Shown here one piece after another: positions 1 through 8,749 of a stretch of DNA of 64,000 bases. Under the pieces are notes generated by a model. That model was given only the letters and a program-made list of their open reading frames with translations. It did no database searches and was not told where the DNA came from. The stretch's first letter is position 1. The number at the start of each line of letters is the position of its first letter. The stretch is from contig CAYLHQ010000013.1 in NCBI GenBank assembly GCA_964383585.1, forward strand, positions 16,944 to 80,943, given 5' to 3'. The stretch is from an uncultured Acidobacteriota bacterium (GTDB taxonomy: Bacteria > Acidobacteriota > Polarisedimenticolia > Polarisedimenticolales > DASRJG01). A program made the position numbers and the translations under genes.

Positions 1-1
1 C

Positions 2-328
2 GTCCAGATGGCGAGGGCGGCGGGGGCGCGGCGTGTCCTCTTCGCGTCGATGTCGCCTCCCCTCGTGCATCCCTGCGTCTACGGGATCGACATGAGCACC
101 CGGCGGGAATTCATCGCGCGCGACCTCACGGTCGACGAGATCGCGCGGCAGATCCACGCCGACGCCCTGATCTACCAGTCCCTCGACGACCTGGTCGACG
201 CGGTCGCGGGCGACCGCCCCGGAATCGACCGGATGTGCACCGCGTGTTTCTCTGGCAACTACCCGACGGGGGACATCACCCCGAAGATGCTCCTCCAGAT
301 CGAGGAGGAGCGCGCCGCCGTCCGCTGA
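2..328 (+). CDS. purF: amidophosphoribosyltransferase, C-terminal fragment (5' end outside window)
   Basis: Frame of ORF 8..328 is open to the window edge. The C-terminal sequence VHPCVYGIDMSTRREFIA...CTACFSGNYPTGD is typical of PurF. Confidence 0.85.
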   Translation, partial: VQMARAAGARRVLFASMSPPLVHPCVYGIDMSTRREFIARDLTVDEIARQIHADALIYQSLDDLVDAVAGDRPGIDRMCTACFSGNYPTGDITPKMLLQIEEERAAVR

Positions 329-416
329 GCGCGGGAGGGAAGTTGGAGGCGGCGCGCCGGGAGAGGCCCACGACGCGCCGCATCCGGCCCCCGGGAGAGG
401 AGGGCCCAAGACACGT

Positions 417-998
417 TCACTTCCGACCGGTGATCACGAACGCCGCACGACGGTTTTTGGACCAGCAGTCCTCGCGGCTCTCGAAGCAGACCGGGCGTTC
501 CTTCCCGTAGCTGACGGCCCGGAGCGTTCCCGCCGCGACCCCGGACTCCTCGAGGAACCGCTTCGCGGCGGAGGCCCTTCGGTCGCCGAGCGCGATGTTG
601 TACTCGATCGTCCCCCGCTCGTCGCAGTGTCCTTCGATCGTCACCACGAACTGCGGGTGCTCTTTGAGGAACCGGGCGTTCGCCTCGAGACGGGTCCGCG
701 CCTCCGGCCTGAGTTCGGAGCGGTCGTAGTCGAAGTACACGTCGCCCAGAAGGCCCTGCGCGTGCACATAGTCGTTCACCCGTGCCAGGTCTCCCGCGAG
801 CGGGTCGACCTTCTCGGCCGGCGGCTCGGGAGGGGGAGGGGGAGGGGGAGGGGGAGGCGGAGGCGGAGGGGGAGGGGGAGGCGGAGGCGGCGCGGGGGCC
901 GGGGGGGGCGGCTCGGGGATCGGAGCCGGCTCTTTCTTGGCGCATCCGACGGTGACGACCAGGGCCAAGAGAAGCAGGACGAGTACGGACCTTCGCAT
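417..998 (-). CDS. pal: peptidoglycan-associated lipoprotein (OmpA_C domain) with poly-proline linker
   Basis: Internal ATG at 998 of ORF 417..1670. Signal peptide plus lipobox (LVVTVGC). OmpA-like C-terminal domain (VTIEGHCDERGTIEYNIALGDRRA). The upstream part of the ORF is Arg/Gly junk. Confidence 0.88.
   Translation of the reverse strand: MRRSVLVLLLLALVVTVGCAKKEPAPIPEPPPPAPAPPPPPPPPPPPPPPPPPPPPPEPPAEKVDPLAGDLARVNDYVHAQGLLGDVYFDYDRSELRPEARTRLEANARFLKEHPQFVVTIEGHCDERGTIEYNIALGDRRASAAKRFLEESGVAAGTLRAVSYGKERPVCFESREDCWSKNRRAAFVITGRK
828..912 (-). repeat. G-rich (GGGAGG/CGGAGG)n tract on the plus strand encoding 21 consecutive prolines of Pal
   Basis: Codon-by-codon reading of 828-890 gives 21 CCN codons. 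They are flanked by further Pro/Ala codons up to 911. Confidence 0.9.
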
Positions 999-1154
999 GG
1001 CGTGATCTCCTCGGTGCCGCGAGCCCGAGACGGGGCGCACCGATCGACGATGGTATGCCACCGACAGCGATTCCGGAATAGACCGATGGATAGGTTTCTC
1101 TCTATCGAATGATATACGGCCGTCACGAGACCGTGGGGTTACACTGGCCCGGTC

Positions 1155-2858
1155 TTGGAATCGCTCTATTCTCCCCAGAGCCGGGCTGAGCGCCTGATCG
1201 CCGCCGGACGTGTCGTGCTCGCGGGGGCCTCGCTTCTCGCGGTGTGGCTCGACCCCACGGAACCCGCGAAGAACGCGGGGACGGTCTACTCGCTGATGGC
1301 CGCCTATCTCGCGTTCGGCGGGGTCGTGGCCGTTCTGGTCTGGCGTTCGTGGGCTCCTCTCGGTTTCCAGCGCCTGGTCACTCAGGCGATCGACCTCGCG
1401 ATCTTCACCGTCTTCGTCTTCCTGACGGAGGGGATCTCGAGCCCCTTCATCGCCTTCTACGTCTTCGCGGTGGTCTGCGCCACCGTCCGCTGGCAGTGGA
1501 AGGGAACGCTCTGGACGGCCTCCGCGGCGCTCGCGCTGATCGTCGCGATCGGGCTGCACGTCGCCGAGAACGATCCCCGCGGGAGGCTCGAGCTGAACCC
1601 GTTCATCATCCGGGCCGTCTACCTCGCGGTGGTCGCCGTCCTCCTCGGGTACATGGGCTTCCACGAGCAACGGGCGCGGCTCGAGATCTCGCGCCTCGCC
1701 GCGCGGCCGCGGAGCGAGGGGCCGTCACGGGATCTTCCGGTCGCGGAGCTCCTCGACTGGGCCCGCGAGGCGGTCGGGGCGCCCCGCGCGGCGATCGTCT
1801 GGGAGGAGCGGGAGGAGCCCGGGCCGAGGTTTGCGCGAACCGCTCGGAACGGGATTGCGGTCGAGCGCCTCGCACCCGGGGAGATGCGCCCGCTCGTCGA
1901 CGCCGCCCTCGACGCGGCTTCCTTTCTCACGGACGACGCGTCGGCGTCCCTCGCGACGGTTCTCCGGCGCGACGAACAGGGGAGCCGGCTGTGGCACGGC
2001 CGGCCGCTCCACGAGCGGCTCGTCGAGCGCCTCGCCGCCACCGCCTGCCTCTCGGCGCCGCTCGGGGGGGAGACGTTTTCCGGACGCCTCTTCCTCCTCG
2101 ACAAACGCGGAATGACCTCGGATGACCTGGACCTCGCGGAAGTCGCCGCGGGGGTGGTCGCGGCGCGCCTCGACCAGCACACCTTCGTCGCGAGTCTCGC
2201 GGCGGCGGCGGCGACCGAGGAGCGGATCCGCCTCGCGCGCGACCTGCACGATGGGGTGCTCCAGTCGCTGACGGGGATCGCGCTCCGGCTCGCGGCAGCC
2301 GCGCGGCGACTCGACGAGGACCCGTCCGCCGCGCGACGCGAGCTCGACGACGTGAGGCGGTTGATCGGTCTCGAACAGCGCGACCTCCGGCTCTTCATCC
2401 GCGAGCTCCGTCCCGTCCCTCTCGGGGCGTCTTCCGGCGGCCCGGGCCTCGCGGAGCGCTTGCGGGACCTCGCCTCGAGGGCGGAGATCGAGTGGTCGCT
2501 CTCCACCCGGCTCGAGCTCGCGATCGACGACGCCGGCGTCCCCGACGACGTCGGCCGCGAGATGTACCTCCTCGCCCGGGAGGCCGTGGTGAACGCCGTC
2601 CGGCACGGGGGCGCGACCGAGATCGGCATCGACGTGCAGGGCGGCGCGCAGGGCGGGGTGGATCTGCGCGTGACCGATAACGGTCGTGGGTTCCCCTTTT
2701 CCGGGCGCTTCACCGGGGAGCAACTCGCCGCGGACGAGCGGGGGCCCGCATCGCTCCGCGAGCGGGTGGCGGCGCTCGGCGGGAGCCTCGTCCTGACGAG
2801 CGGTCCCGGCGGGACCGTCCTGGAGATGCGGATCCCGTCGCCGGGTGGAGGACGGTGA
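1155..2858 (+). CDS. membrane sensor histidine kinase, NarX/LiaS type (HisKA_3 + HATPase_c)
   Basis: Multi-TM N-terminus. H-box RLARDLHDGVLQSLTGI. ATPase motifs (REAVVNAVRHG, DNGRGF). The stop overlaps the next gene's start (GTGA). Confidence 0.88.
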   Translation: MESLYSPQSRAERLIAAGRVVLAGASLLAVWLDPTEPAKNAGTVYSLMAAYLAFGGVVAVLVWRSWAPLGFQRLVTQAIDLAIFTVFVFLTEGISSPFIAFYVFAVVCATVRWQWKGTLWTASAALALIVAIGLHVAENDPRGRLELNPFIIRAVYLAVVAVLLGYMGFHEQRARLEISRLAARPRSEGPSRDLPVAELLDWAREAVGAPRAAIVWEEREEPGPRFARTARNGIAVERLAPGEMRPLVDAALDAASFLTDDASASLATVLRRDEQGSRLWHGRPLHERLVERLAATACLSAPLGGETFSGRLFLLDKRGMTSDDLDLAEVAAGVVAARLDQHTFVASLAAAAATEERIRLARDLHDGVLQSLTGIALRLAAAARRLDEDPSAARRELDDVRRLIGLEQRDLRLFIRELRPVPLGASSGGPGLAERLRDLASRAEIEWSLSTRLELAIDDAGVPDDVGREMYLLAREAVVNAVRHGGATEIGIDVQGGAQGGVDLRVTDNGRGFPFSGRFTGEQLAADERGPASLRERVAALGGSLVLTSGPGGTVLEMRIPSPGGGR

Positions 2859-3499
2859 CGGTGGCGATCTCGCTCGTCCTCGCCGACGACCATCCGATCG
2901 TCCTCGACGGTCTCGAGCGCCTGTTCGGTCTCGAGCCCGACTTCGTGGTCCGGGCGCGCTGCCGCGACGGCGAGCAGGCGATCCGGGCGGTGCGCCTCCA
3001 CCGCCCGGACGTTCTGGTCCTCGACGTGTCGATGCCGGGGAAGGACGGGATCGAGGTTCTGCGGACGCTCGCGAAGGAGGGAGGCGCGGTGCCGACCGTC
3101 CTCCTGACCGTCGCGATGGAGGAAGCGCAAATCCACGAGGCGGTCGCGCTCGGGGTGCGGGGGATCGTCCTCAAGGAAATGGCGCCGCAACTTCTCGTCG
3201 AGGCGATCCGCGAAGTGCACGCGGGGGGCCAGTGGCTCGAGATGGGGCCCGTCGGCCGCGCGCTCCGTGGCGCGCGGGAGCGCCGCGAGGCTGCCCGGGC
3301 GGTGGAGAGCCTGCTCACCCCCCGGGAAACCGAGATCGTGCGGATGGTCGCGTCGGGGATGCGGAATCGCGCGATCGCCGAGAAGCTCTTCATCACCGAG
3401 GGGACCGTCAAGATCCACCTGCACAACATCTACCAGAAGCTGCGTGTGACGGGTCGCGTCGAGTTGGCCGTCTATGCGCGCGGGAAAGGTCTCGCCTGA
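2855..3499 (+). CDS. response regulator, NarL/LuxR family
   Basis: Receiver domain (LVLADDHPIV...VLDVSMPGKDG). C-terminal LuxR HTH (LTPRETEIVRMVASGMRNRAIAEKLFITEGTVKIHLHNIY). Confidence 0.92.
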   Translation: MTVAISLVLADDHPIVLDGLERLFGLEPDFVVRARCRDGEQAIRAVRLHRPDVLVLDVSMPGKDGIEVLRTLAKEGGAVPTVLLTVAMEEAQIHEAVALGVRGIVLKEMAPQLLVEAIREVHAGGQWLEMGPVGRALRGARERREAARAVESLLTPRETEIVRMVASGMRNRAIAEKLFITEGTVKIHLHNIYQKLRVTGRVELAVYARGKGLA

Positions 3500-3503
3500 C
3501 CGC

Positions 3504-5003
3504 CTACCAGCGGAACGACGTCCTCGCCGCCGACTCCGCGAGGTCGGCGTGGAGAGCGGCCGCCGCCTCCCACGGAACGAACGGGACCGAGACCCGTGCC
3601 CCGCCGCCCGCGGCGGTGTCGACGGAGAGCCTCGCCGTCCCGTGCCTCCGGTCGAACGGGGTCCGGCGGAGCGAGACCGCCTGCACTTTCGCCTGCCGCG
3701 CGAGCGTGACGCGCCGCACCCACCACCCCGAGCGGGAAGCGACGGCGCGTGCGGTGCGCGCCCACGCGAGCCATCGGGCGTCGAGAATCGAGCGAAGGGC
3801 GTTCCACGCGAGGAGAGGGACGAGGACGGAGAGTCCCCACGGCCCGAACGCGTATCCCGCGAGCGACGTCCACACGAGGCCGAAGGGCAGCCGCCGGAGG
3901 AAGAGCCGTCGTGCCGCCTTCTCGTGGACGGCGTTCCACGAGATCCCCTCCGGGTCGAGGTCGGGGTGGACCTCGCGGAGGAGGGCCGCCGACTTCTCCC
4001 GCGGCCAGATCGGGGCGAGCCAAGGGGTCCGCGCGGTGCCGCGCCCCTCTTCGTCGCGGATCGCCCCGCCTGCCGTCTGGACCCTCAAGGAGACGCGCCC
4101 GAACAGGCGGTGGAGCGGCCCCTCGAGGATCGTGACGGTCTGGATGCGGTGGCGGGGGATCGTCGCGGAGACCCGGGTGAAGAGGCCGTGGGAAACGCGC
4201 AGGTCGTCTCCGCGCTCCTCCAGGGTGAAGCCGGCAAGCGTTGCCCAGGCGTGGAGGACCGAGAGGATCCGGATCAGGATCAGGACCCCGAGGATCGCGG
4301 CGGCGACGAGCGGCCACCCTCCCGCCGACTGGAAGGAGCCGATCCCCCGCACCACTCCTTCCGGATCGAACGGGGGTTCCGGTTTCCCCCGGTCGATCGT
4401 CAGTTGCCACCAGAGGCCGAGAGCCGCCGCGACCAAGACCATCCCGCGGTTCGCGGCGATTCCGTGGAGCGCGAGGTCGCCCCAGGAGAGGCGGGCCAAG
4501 ACACGCCCTTCGGGTTCCGGGGTGGGCTCCCTTTCCTCCTCCGCCCCCGGCTCGCGGCCGGCGAAGACCCTCCTCCGCATGTCCTCGACGGCGTCGACGG
4601 CGAGAACCCGGAAGACCGCCTCGACCTCCTCGCCGCTCGCGGTCTGCACCCGCACGTCCGCGACCCCGAAGGCCCGCTGGATCGGGTTCTGGACGAGGTC
4701 GATGCTCTGGATCCGCCGGTAGGGGATGTGGCGCTCGTTCGTGGAGATCAGTCCCTGCCGGACGACGAGCTCTTCCGCGTCGAAGCGGTAACGGAAGGTG
4801 AGGAACCGGAAGAGGGCCGTCAGGGCCGCCGGGATGAAGAGAATCGCGAAGAAGGCCTCGAAGCGGTCGCCGCGCGAGAAGACGAGGAACAGGAGGGCCG
4901 GAAGGAGGAGCCTCCACGCCGCCGAGCCCAGGGTGAAGAGGAGGGAGAGCGGGTGGAGGTGGCGGGAGTCTCCCGCGACGGAGGGAGGAGTCTCAGACGG
5001 CAT
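3504..5003 (-). CDS. YdbT-like membrane protein with repeated bacterial PH (bPH_2) domains
   Basis: Repeated modules of two TM helices followed by motifs such as RHIPYRRIQSIDLVQNPIQRAFGVADVRVQTA. It is paired with a YdbS-like gene upstream. Confidence 0.75.
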   Translation of the reverse strand: MPSETPPSVAGDSRHLHPLSLLFTLGSAAWRLLLPALLFLVFSRGDRFEAFFAILFIPAALTALFRFLTFRYRFDAEELVVRQGLISTNERHIPYRRIQSIDLVQNPIQRAFGVADVRVQTASGEEVEAVFRVLAVDAVEDMRRRVFAGREPGAEEEREPTPEPEGRVLARLSWGDLALHGIAANRGMVLVAAALGLWWQLTIDRGKPEPPFDPEGVVRGIGSFQSAGGWPLVAAAILGVLILIRILSVLHAWATLAGFTLEERGDDLRVSHGLFTRVSATIPRHRIQTVTILEGPLHRLFGRVSLRVQTAGGAIRDEEGRGTARTPWLAPIWPREKSAALLREVHPDLDPEGISWNAVHEKAARRLFLRRLPFGLVWTSLAGYAFGPWGLSVLVPLLAWNALRSILDARWLAWARTARAVASRSGWWVRRVTLARQAKVQAVSLRRTPFDRRHGTARLSVDTAAGGGARVSVPFVPWEAAAALHADLAESAARTSFRW

Positions 5004-5505
5004 CGTCGAGGCTCGCCGCGACGAAATGGTCTCGGATCCTGAGGGCCGTCTCGTGGGCGAGCCCTTCGAGTGGGACCGCGGCGTGATGGGTCCCCGCCGT
5101 GTGGAGGATCAAGGTCGCGAGTCCGAACTGTCGCTCGATCGGGCCCTGCGAGACGTCGGTGTGCTGGACTCGGGAGCGGGGCACGGTCACCACCTCGCGG
5201 ATCACGACCCCTCGACGGATCTCGATTCCGGCCGGACCGACCCGGTAGGAGGCGTGCTTCCAGACGAGCGGAGGCCAGGCGAGCGCGAAGATGCCGGCCG
5301 CCGCCACGAGGACGACCCACGCGCCGGCGAAGACGAGGGTGATCGCCGCGGGAGGTCGGATCACGAGGAGAAGAACGACCAGGGCGACGAACGACACGGC
5401 GGCGAGCACCGCCGCGCCGATCGTGCCGCCGATCCGGCCGAGCGCGATCGCGCGCGGATCGAGCTTCCGCTCGACCCCGTCGTCGATCCGATCCGTCGAC
5501 TCCAT
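4993..5505 (-). CDS. YdbS-like membrane protein with a single bPH_2 domain
   Basis: Start at the internal ATG (MESTDRIDD...). Two TM helices, then VPRSRVQHTDVSQGPIERQFGLATLILHTAG. 11-nt overlap with the downstream ydbT-like gene. Confidence 0.72.
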   Translation of the reverse strand: MESTDRIDDGVERKLDPRAIALGRIGGTIGAAVLAAVSFVALVVLLLVIRPPAAITLVFAGAWVVLVAAAGIFALAWPPLVWKHASYRVGPAGIEIRRGVVIREVVTVPRSRVQHTDVSQGPIERQFGLATLILHTAGTHHAAVPLEGLAHETALRIRDHFVAASLDDAV

Positions 5506-5559
5506 GGGCGGGTGAGTGTAGCAGGAGGCGAAGGGGGCGATCCGGGCTAGGATGACCGG

Positions 5560-6126
5560 GTGAACGTCTTCGACTGGATCGTCGTCGTGGCCGGCACCGT
5601 GTGGATCCTCCTCGGCTTCGCGAAGGGAGCGGCGCGGATCTCGTTCGGGCTCCTCGCGCTCGTCGCCGGGTTCTTCGTCGCGACCCGTTTCCAAGACCTG
5701 GTCGCGGCGAGGATCGTGAACGTCGGGATCGGAACGGGTCCCGCCGCGGTGCTGTCCTGGGCGGTGCTCTACCTCGGGACCGTCGCGGCCGGAGGCTTCG
5801 CGGGATGGGCCTTCTCGCGGGCGCTCCGGGCGGTGGAGCTCGGTTGGGCCGACCGGATCGGGGGGGCGTCGATCGGGGTCGTGGCGGGGGCGCTGTTCGC
5901 CGCCGCGCTCGTCCACGCACTCGCCGCGTCCCGCGACCTCGGCCCTCGCGCGCTCGGCGGGTCCCTCCTCGCTCCCTACGCGGCGGCCCTCGCCGATTTC
6001 GGGAACGCCGCCGTCCCCGAACGGCTGGCGGGGCGGTACCGGGAGGGGGTGGAGGCGGTGCGGGTCCTCTGGCGGGCCGAGCGCGAGCGGACCGACCGCA
6101 GCCCGGAAGCGGGGGCGCAGGAGTGA
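5560..6126 (+). CDS. cvpA: CvpA-family membrane protein
   Basis: N-terminus MNVFDWIVVVAGTVWILLGFAKGAARISF and four hydrophobic segments are typical of the colicin V production (CvpA) family. Confidence 0.75.
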   Translation: MNVFDWIVVVAGTVWILLGFAKGAARISFGLLALVAGFFVATRFQDLVAARIVNVGIGTGPAAVLSWAVLYLGTVAAGGFAGWAFSRALRAVELGWADRIGGASIGVVAGALFAAALVHALAASRDLGPRALGGSLLAPYAAALADFGNAAVPERLAGRYREGVEAVRVLWRAERERTDRSPEAGAQE

Positions 6127-7658
6127 TGGAACCGCGGGTGCGGATCACGCGGCACTTCCCCCGGCCGTTCGCGAGCATCCTGACCTCCGCCCGGACCTGC
6201 TACTCGGGGAAGGGGATCGTCGAGGACTCGGATCTCAAGCCGGGAAACGAACTCCTCGCGCGCGACCTCTACGAGGCGGGCCACCACACGACGATCCAGC
6301 ACGCCTACTTCCAGTTCGCGATCGAGAACGTCTCGAGGCAGTTCCTCTGGTCGTTCCTGCACGCGCACCCCTTCTACAACTCGGAGCAGGTCTCGCAGCG
6401 GTACGTCAAGGTGCGGCGGACGAACTGCTTCGTGCCGCCCCTTTCGGGGGAGGCCCTCGAGGTCTACCGGGAAGGTCTCGACGAGCAGACGGCCTTCTAC
6501 CGGGAGCTGATCGAGCGGCTCACCCCGCTCGCGGAACACGCCTACGACGCGCGCTTCCCCGCGCGGAAGGCAAAGCGCGAGAGATACGGGAAGGAGATCG
6601 AGAAGAAGGCCCAGGAGATCGCCCGCTACGTCTTGCCCGTTGCGACCTTCGCGGTCCTCTACCACACGGTCTCGGCGCTGACGATCCTGCGGTACTGGAG
6701 GATGTGCGAGCAACTCGACGCTCCGTACGAGCAGCGTCTCGTGGTGGGGAAGATGGTCGAGGCGCTTCTCGAGGTGGACGGCGAGTACCGGCGCCTCCTC
6801 GAAGACCCGATCCCGCTCGCGGATACTCCCGAGGCGCGTTTCTTCGACGAGCGGCCCGCCCTCGCGGCGCCCGCGAGCCGGGCGGCCTTCGTCGCCGAGT
6901 TCGACGCATCGCTCGAAGGGCGCGTGTCGAAGCTCGTCGACTGGAAGGTGCGGGGCGAAGAAGAAACGGCGCGCGCGGTGCGCGAGGTGCTCGGGGTTCC
7001 CTCTTCGGCCCTTTCCGACGACGAGGCGGTCGCGCTCGCCGCTTCTCCCGCCGCGAACCCGATGCTCGGCCAGGCGCTCAACGTCTCGACCTTCGACAAG
7101 CTGACCCGCGCGATGCACCACCCGGCGTACACGTTTCGGAAAAAGATCTCGCACGCGGCGGATAGCCAGGACCAGCGGCACCGCATGACGCCGGCCTCGC
7201 GCCCGATCCTCGCGGCGCACGCGACCGGAGAGCCCGATTTCGTCACGCCGCGCCTCGTCAAGGAGGACCCCGACGTCGAGCGCCGGTACGTCGAGATGAT
7301 GGGCCGGATCTGGGAGCGGATCGGCAGGCTCCGGCGGCTCGGGGCGGGGGCAGAGTTCGCGAACTACCTCCTTCCCAACGCGGTCGCGGTGCGGTTCACC
7401 GAGTCGTCCGACTTCCTGAACCTCCGCCACAAGCACGTGATGCGCCTGTGCTATCTCGCGCAGGAGGAGATCTGGCAGGCCTCGGTCGACGAGGCCGAGC
7501 AGGTTCGCGCCGTCCACCCACGCCTCGGCGCCTGGCTCCTCCCGCCCTGCTCGATGCGGAAGGCGGCCGGCACCAAGCCGTTCTGCCCCGAGGGGGCTCG
7601 GTTCTGCGGGGAGCCGGTGTGGAACTACCGGATGGACCAGTACCGGAGGGTGATCTGA
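6126..7658 (+). CDS. thyX: FAD-dependent thymidylate synthase-like protein, tandem ThyX-fold (about 510 aa)
   Basis: ATG overlaps the cvpA stop (TGATG). First half has GHHTTIQHAYFQFAIENVSRQFLWSFLHAHPFYNSEQVSQRY (ThyX signature with HAH in place of RHR). Second half has HHPAYTFRKKISHAADSQDQRHRM and LRHKHVMRLCYLAQEEIWQ. Confidence 0.7.
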   Translation: MEPRVRITRHFPRPFASILTSARTCYSGKGIVEDSDLKPGNELLARDLYEAGHHTTIQHAYFQFAIENVSRQFLWSFLHAHPFYNSEQVSQRYVKVRRTNCFVPPLSGEALEVYREGLDEQTAFYRELIERLTPLAEHAYDARFPARKAKRERYGKEIEKKAQEIARYVLPVATFAVLYHTVSALTILRYWRMCEQLDAPYEQRLVVGKMVEALLEVDGEYRRLLEDPIPLADTPEARFFDERPALAAPASRAAFVAEFDASLEGRVSKLVDWKVRGEEETARAVREVLGVPSSALSDDEAVALAASPAANPMLGQALNVSTFDKLTRAMHHPAYTFRKKISHAADSQDQRHRMTPASRPILAAHATGEPDFVTPRLVKEDPDVERRYVEMMGRIWERIGRLRRLGAGAEFANYLLPNAVAVRFTESSDFLNLRHKHVMRLCYLAQEEIWQASVDEAEQVRAVHPRLGAWLLPPCSMRKAAGTKPFCPEGARFCGEPVWNYRMDQYRRVI

Positions 7659-7660
7659 AC

Positions 7661-8700
7661 GGGGTCAAGTCTCGTTTCGGGACATTCCTCTAATTCCTGA
7701 GCCCGGCGAGTCAGAGCCCACCGAACGCCCTTGTCTTTCCCCGGTGCGCTCTCCATCTTACGTGCAGGTCCCGGCCTCCCCCACGGAGCCACGATGGCTC
7801 GACCTCTTCGACTGGAAGCCCCCGGCCACTTCTTCCACGTGTTGGCGCGCGGGAACGCCAAGCACCCCATCTTCCTCGACGACCGGGATCGAGAGCGTTT
7901 TTTGGACACCCTCGGCGAAGCCGTGTTCCGCTTCGAGGTGAGATGCCACGCCTACTGCCTCATGGCGAACCACTACCACCTCCTGCTTCAGCCGATGCGG
8001 GAAACCCTGTCGCGCGCGGTGCGCCACTTGAACGGCGTGTACTCGCAGCGGTTCAATCGGAGGCATGAGCGCGTGGGGCATGTGTTCGCGGGACGATTCA
8101 AAAGCCCTCTCGTGGACCGAGAGCATTACCTTCTGGCGCTCTGCCGTTACATCGCGCTCAATCCGGTCCGATCGGGTGCGGTCCGCGAGCCCGCGGACTG
8201 GAAATGGAGCGGTCACCGTGCCCTGGTGGGGATGGATACCGCTCCGGACTGGTTGACCGTGGATGAGGTGCTGCAGGCGTTCGATCCGCGCGGCGACGGT
8301 TTCGCTCGGCATGCCTACGCTCGTTTCGTCGAAGAGGGAATCCGCCCCGACCGCGCGTCGGAGTTCGCCGAGCTCGATCGAGCTGCGGATCTCGGCGGCA
8401 TCCTGGGGCGCTCGGAGTTTATCGCAGGTTTTTCCCGGAGACTCGATCGCTCACGACGCAATCGCGAGCATTCGAAGCGCGAGCGATTCGCGGACCGCCC
8501 CCCGCTCGAGCGGATTCTCGAGGCGAGCGAGTGCGCCGGCCTCGTCGGCCGCATCGAAGCGGCACGGTGCGACCACGGGTATTCGCTGGACGAGATCGGT
8601 CGCGTACTCGGCATTGATCGGAGAACGGTGGTTCGCCTCGTTCGAGCGTCGAAGGTCGAAGGAAGAATTGTCGAAATGTCCCACTTCAAGACTTGACCCC
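7661..8700 (+). mobile_element. RAYT / IS200-like unit bounded by 37-nt imperfect inverted repeats
   Basis: Left 7661-7697 is GGGGTCAAGTCTCGTTTCGGGACATTCCTCTAATTCC. The reverse complement of 8664-8700 is GGGGTCAAGTCTTGAAGTGGGACATTTCGACAATTCT. 25/37 positions are identical, in three blocks. The unit encloses the Y1 transposase gene. Confidence 0.7.
7794..8696 (+). CDS. REP-associated tyrosine transposase (RAYT) / IS200-like Y1 HUH transposase with C-terminal DnaA-C-like HTH
   Basis: HUH motif in CLMANHYHLLLQP. Catalytic Tyr motif LCRYIALNPVRSG. C-terminal GYSLDEIGRVLGIDRRTVVRLV. Noticeably more A/T-ending codons than the neighbouring genes. Confidence 0.85.
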   Translation: MARPLRLEAPGHFFHVLARGNAKHPIFLDDRDRERFLDTLGEAVFRFEVRCHAYCLMANHYHLLLQPMRETLSRAVRHLNGVYSQRFNRRHERVGHVFAGRFKSPLVDREHYLLALCRYIALNPVRSGAVREPADWKWSGHRALVGMDTAPDWLTVDEVLQAFDPRGDGFARHAYARFVEEGIRPDRASEFAELDRAADLGGILGRSEFIAGFSRRLDRSRRNREHSKRERFADRPPLERILEASECAGLVGRIEAARCDHGYSLDEIGRVLGIDRRTVVRLVRASKVEGRIVEMSHFKT

Positions 8701-8749
8701 CAACTCGGTCTCGCGTGTATTCTCCCGAGCAGTCGAGAGGAGGAACGCC

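Noticed and set aside
329-416. Direct repeat CCGGGAGAGG (357 and 391) between purF and pal, considered as a regulatory site.
   Set aside because: It is a short GC-rich repeat in a convergent 3' region with no clear stem-loop or U-tract, and is not distinguishable from chance in this composition.
5601-6125. N-terminal 175-codon extension of the ThyX-like ORF.
   Set aside because: The extension is Arg/Gly-rich and overlaps the well-supported cvpA gene in another frame. The ATG at 6126 gives a clean TGATG junction and a ThyX-like N-terminus.
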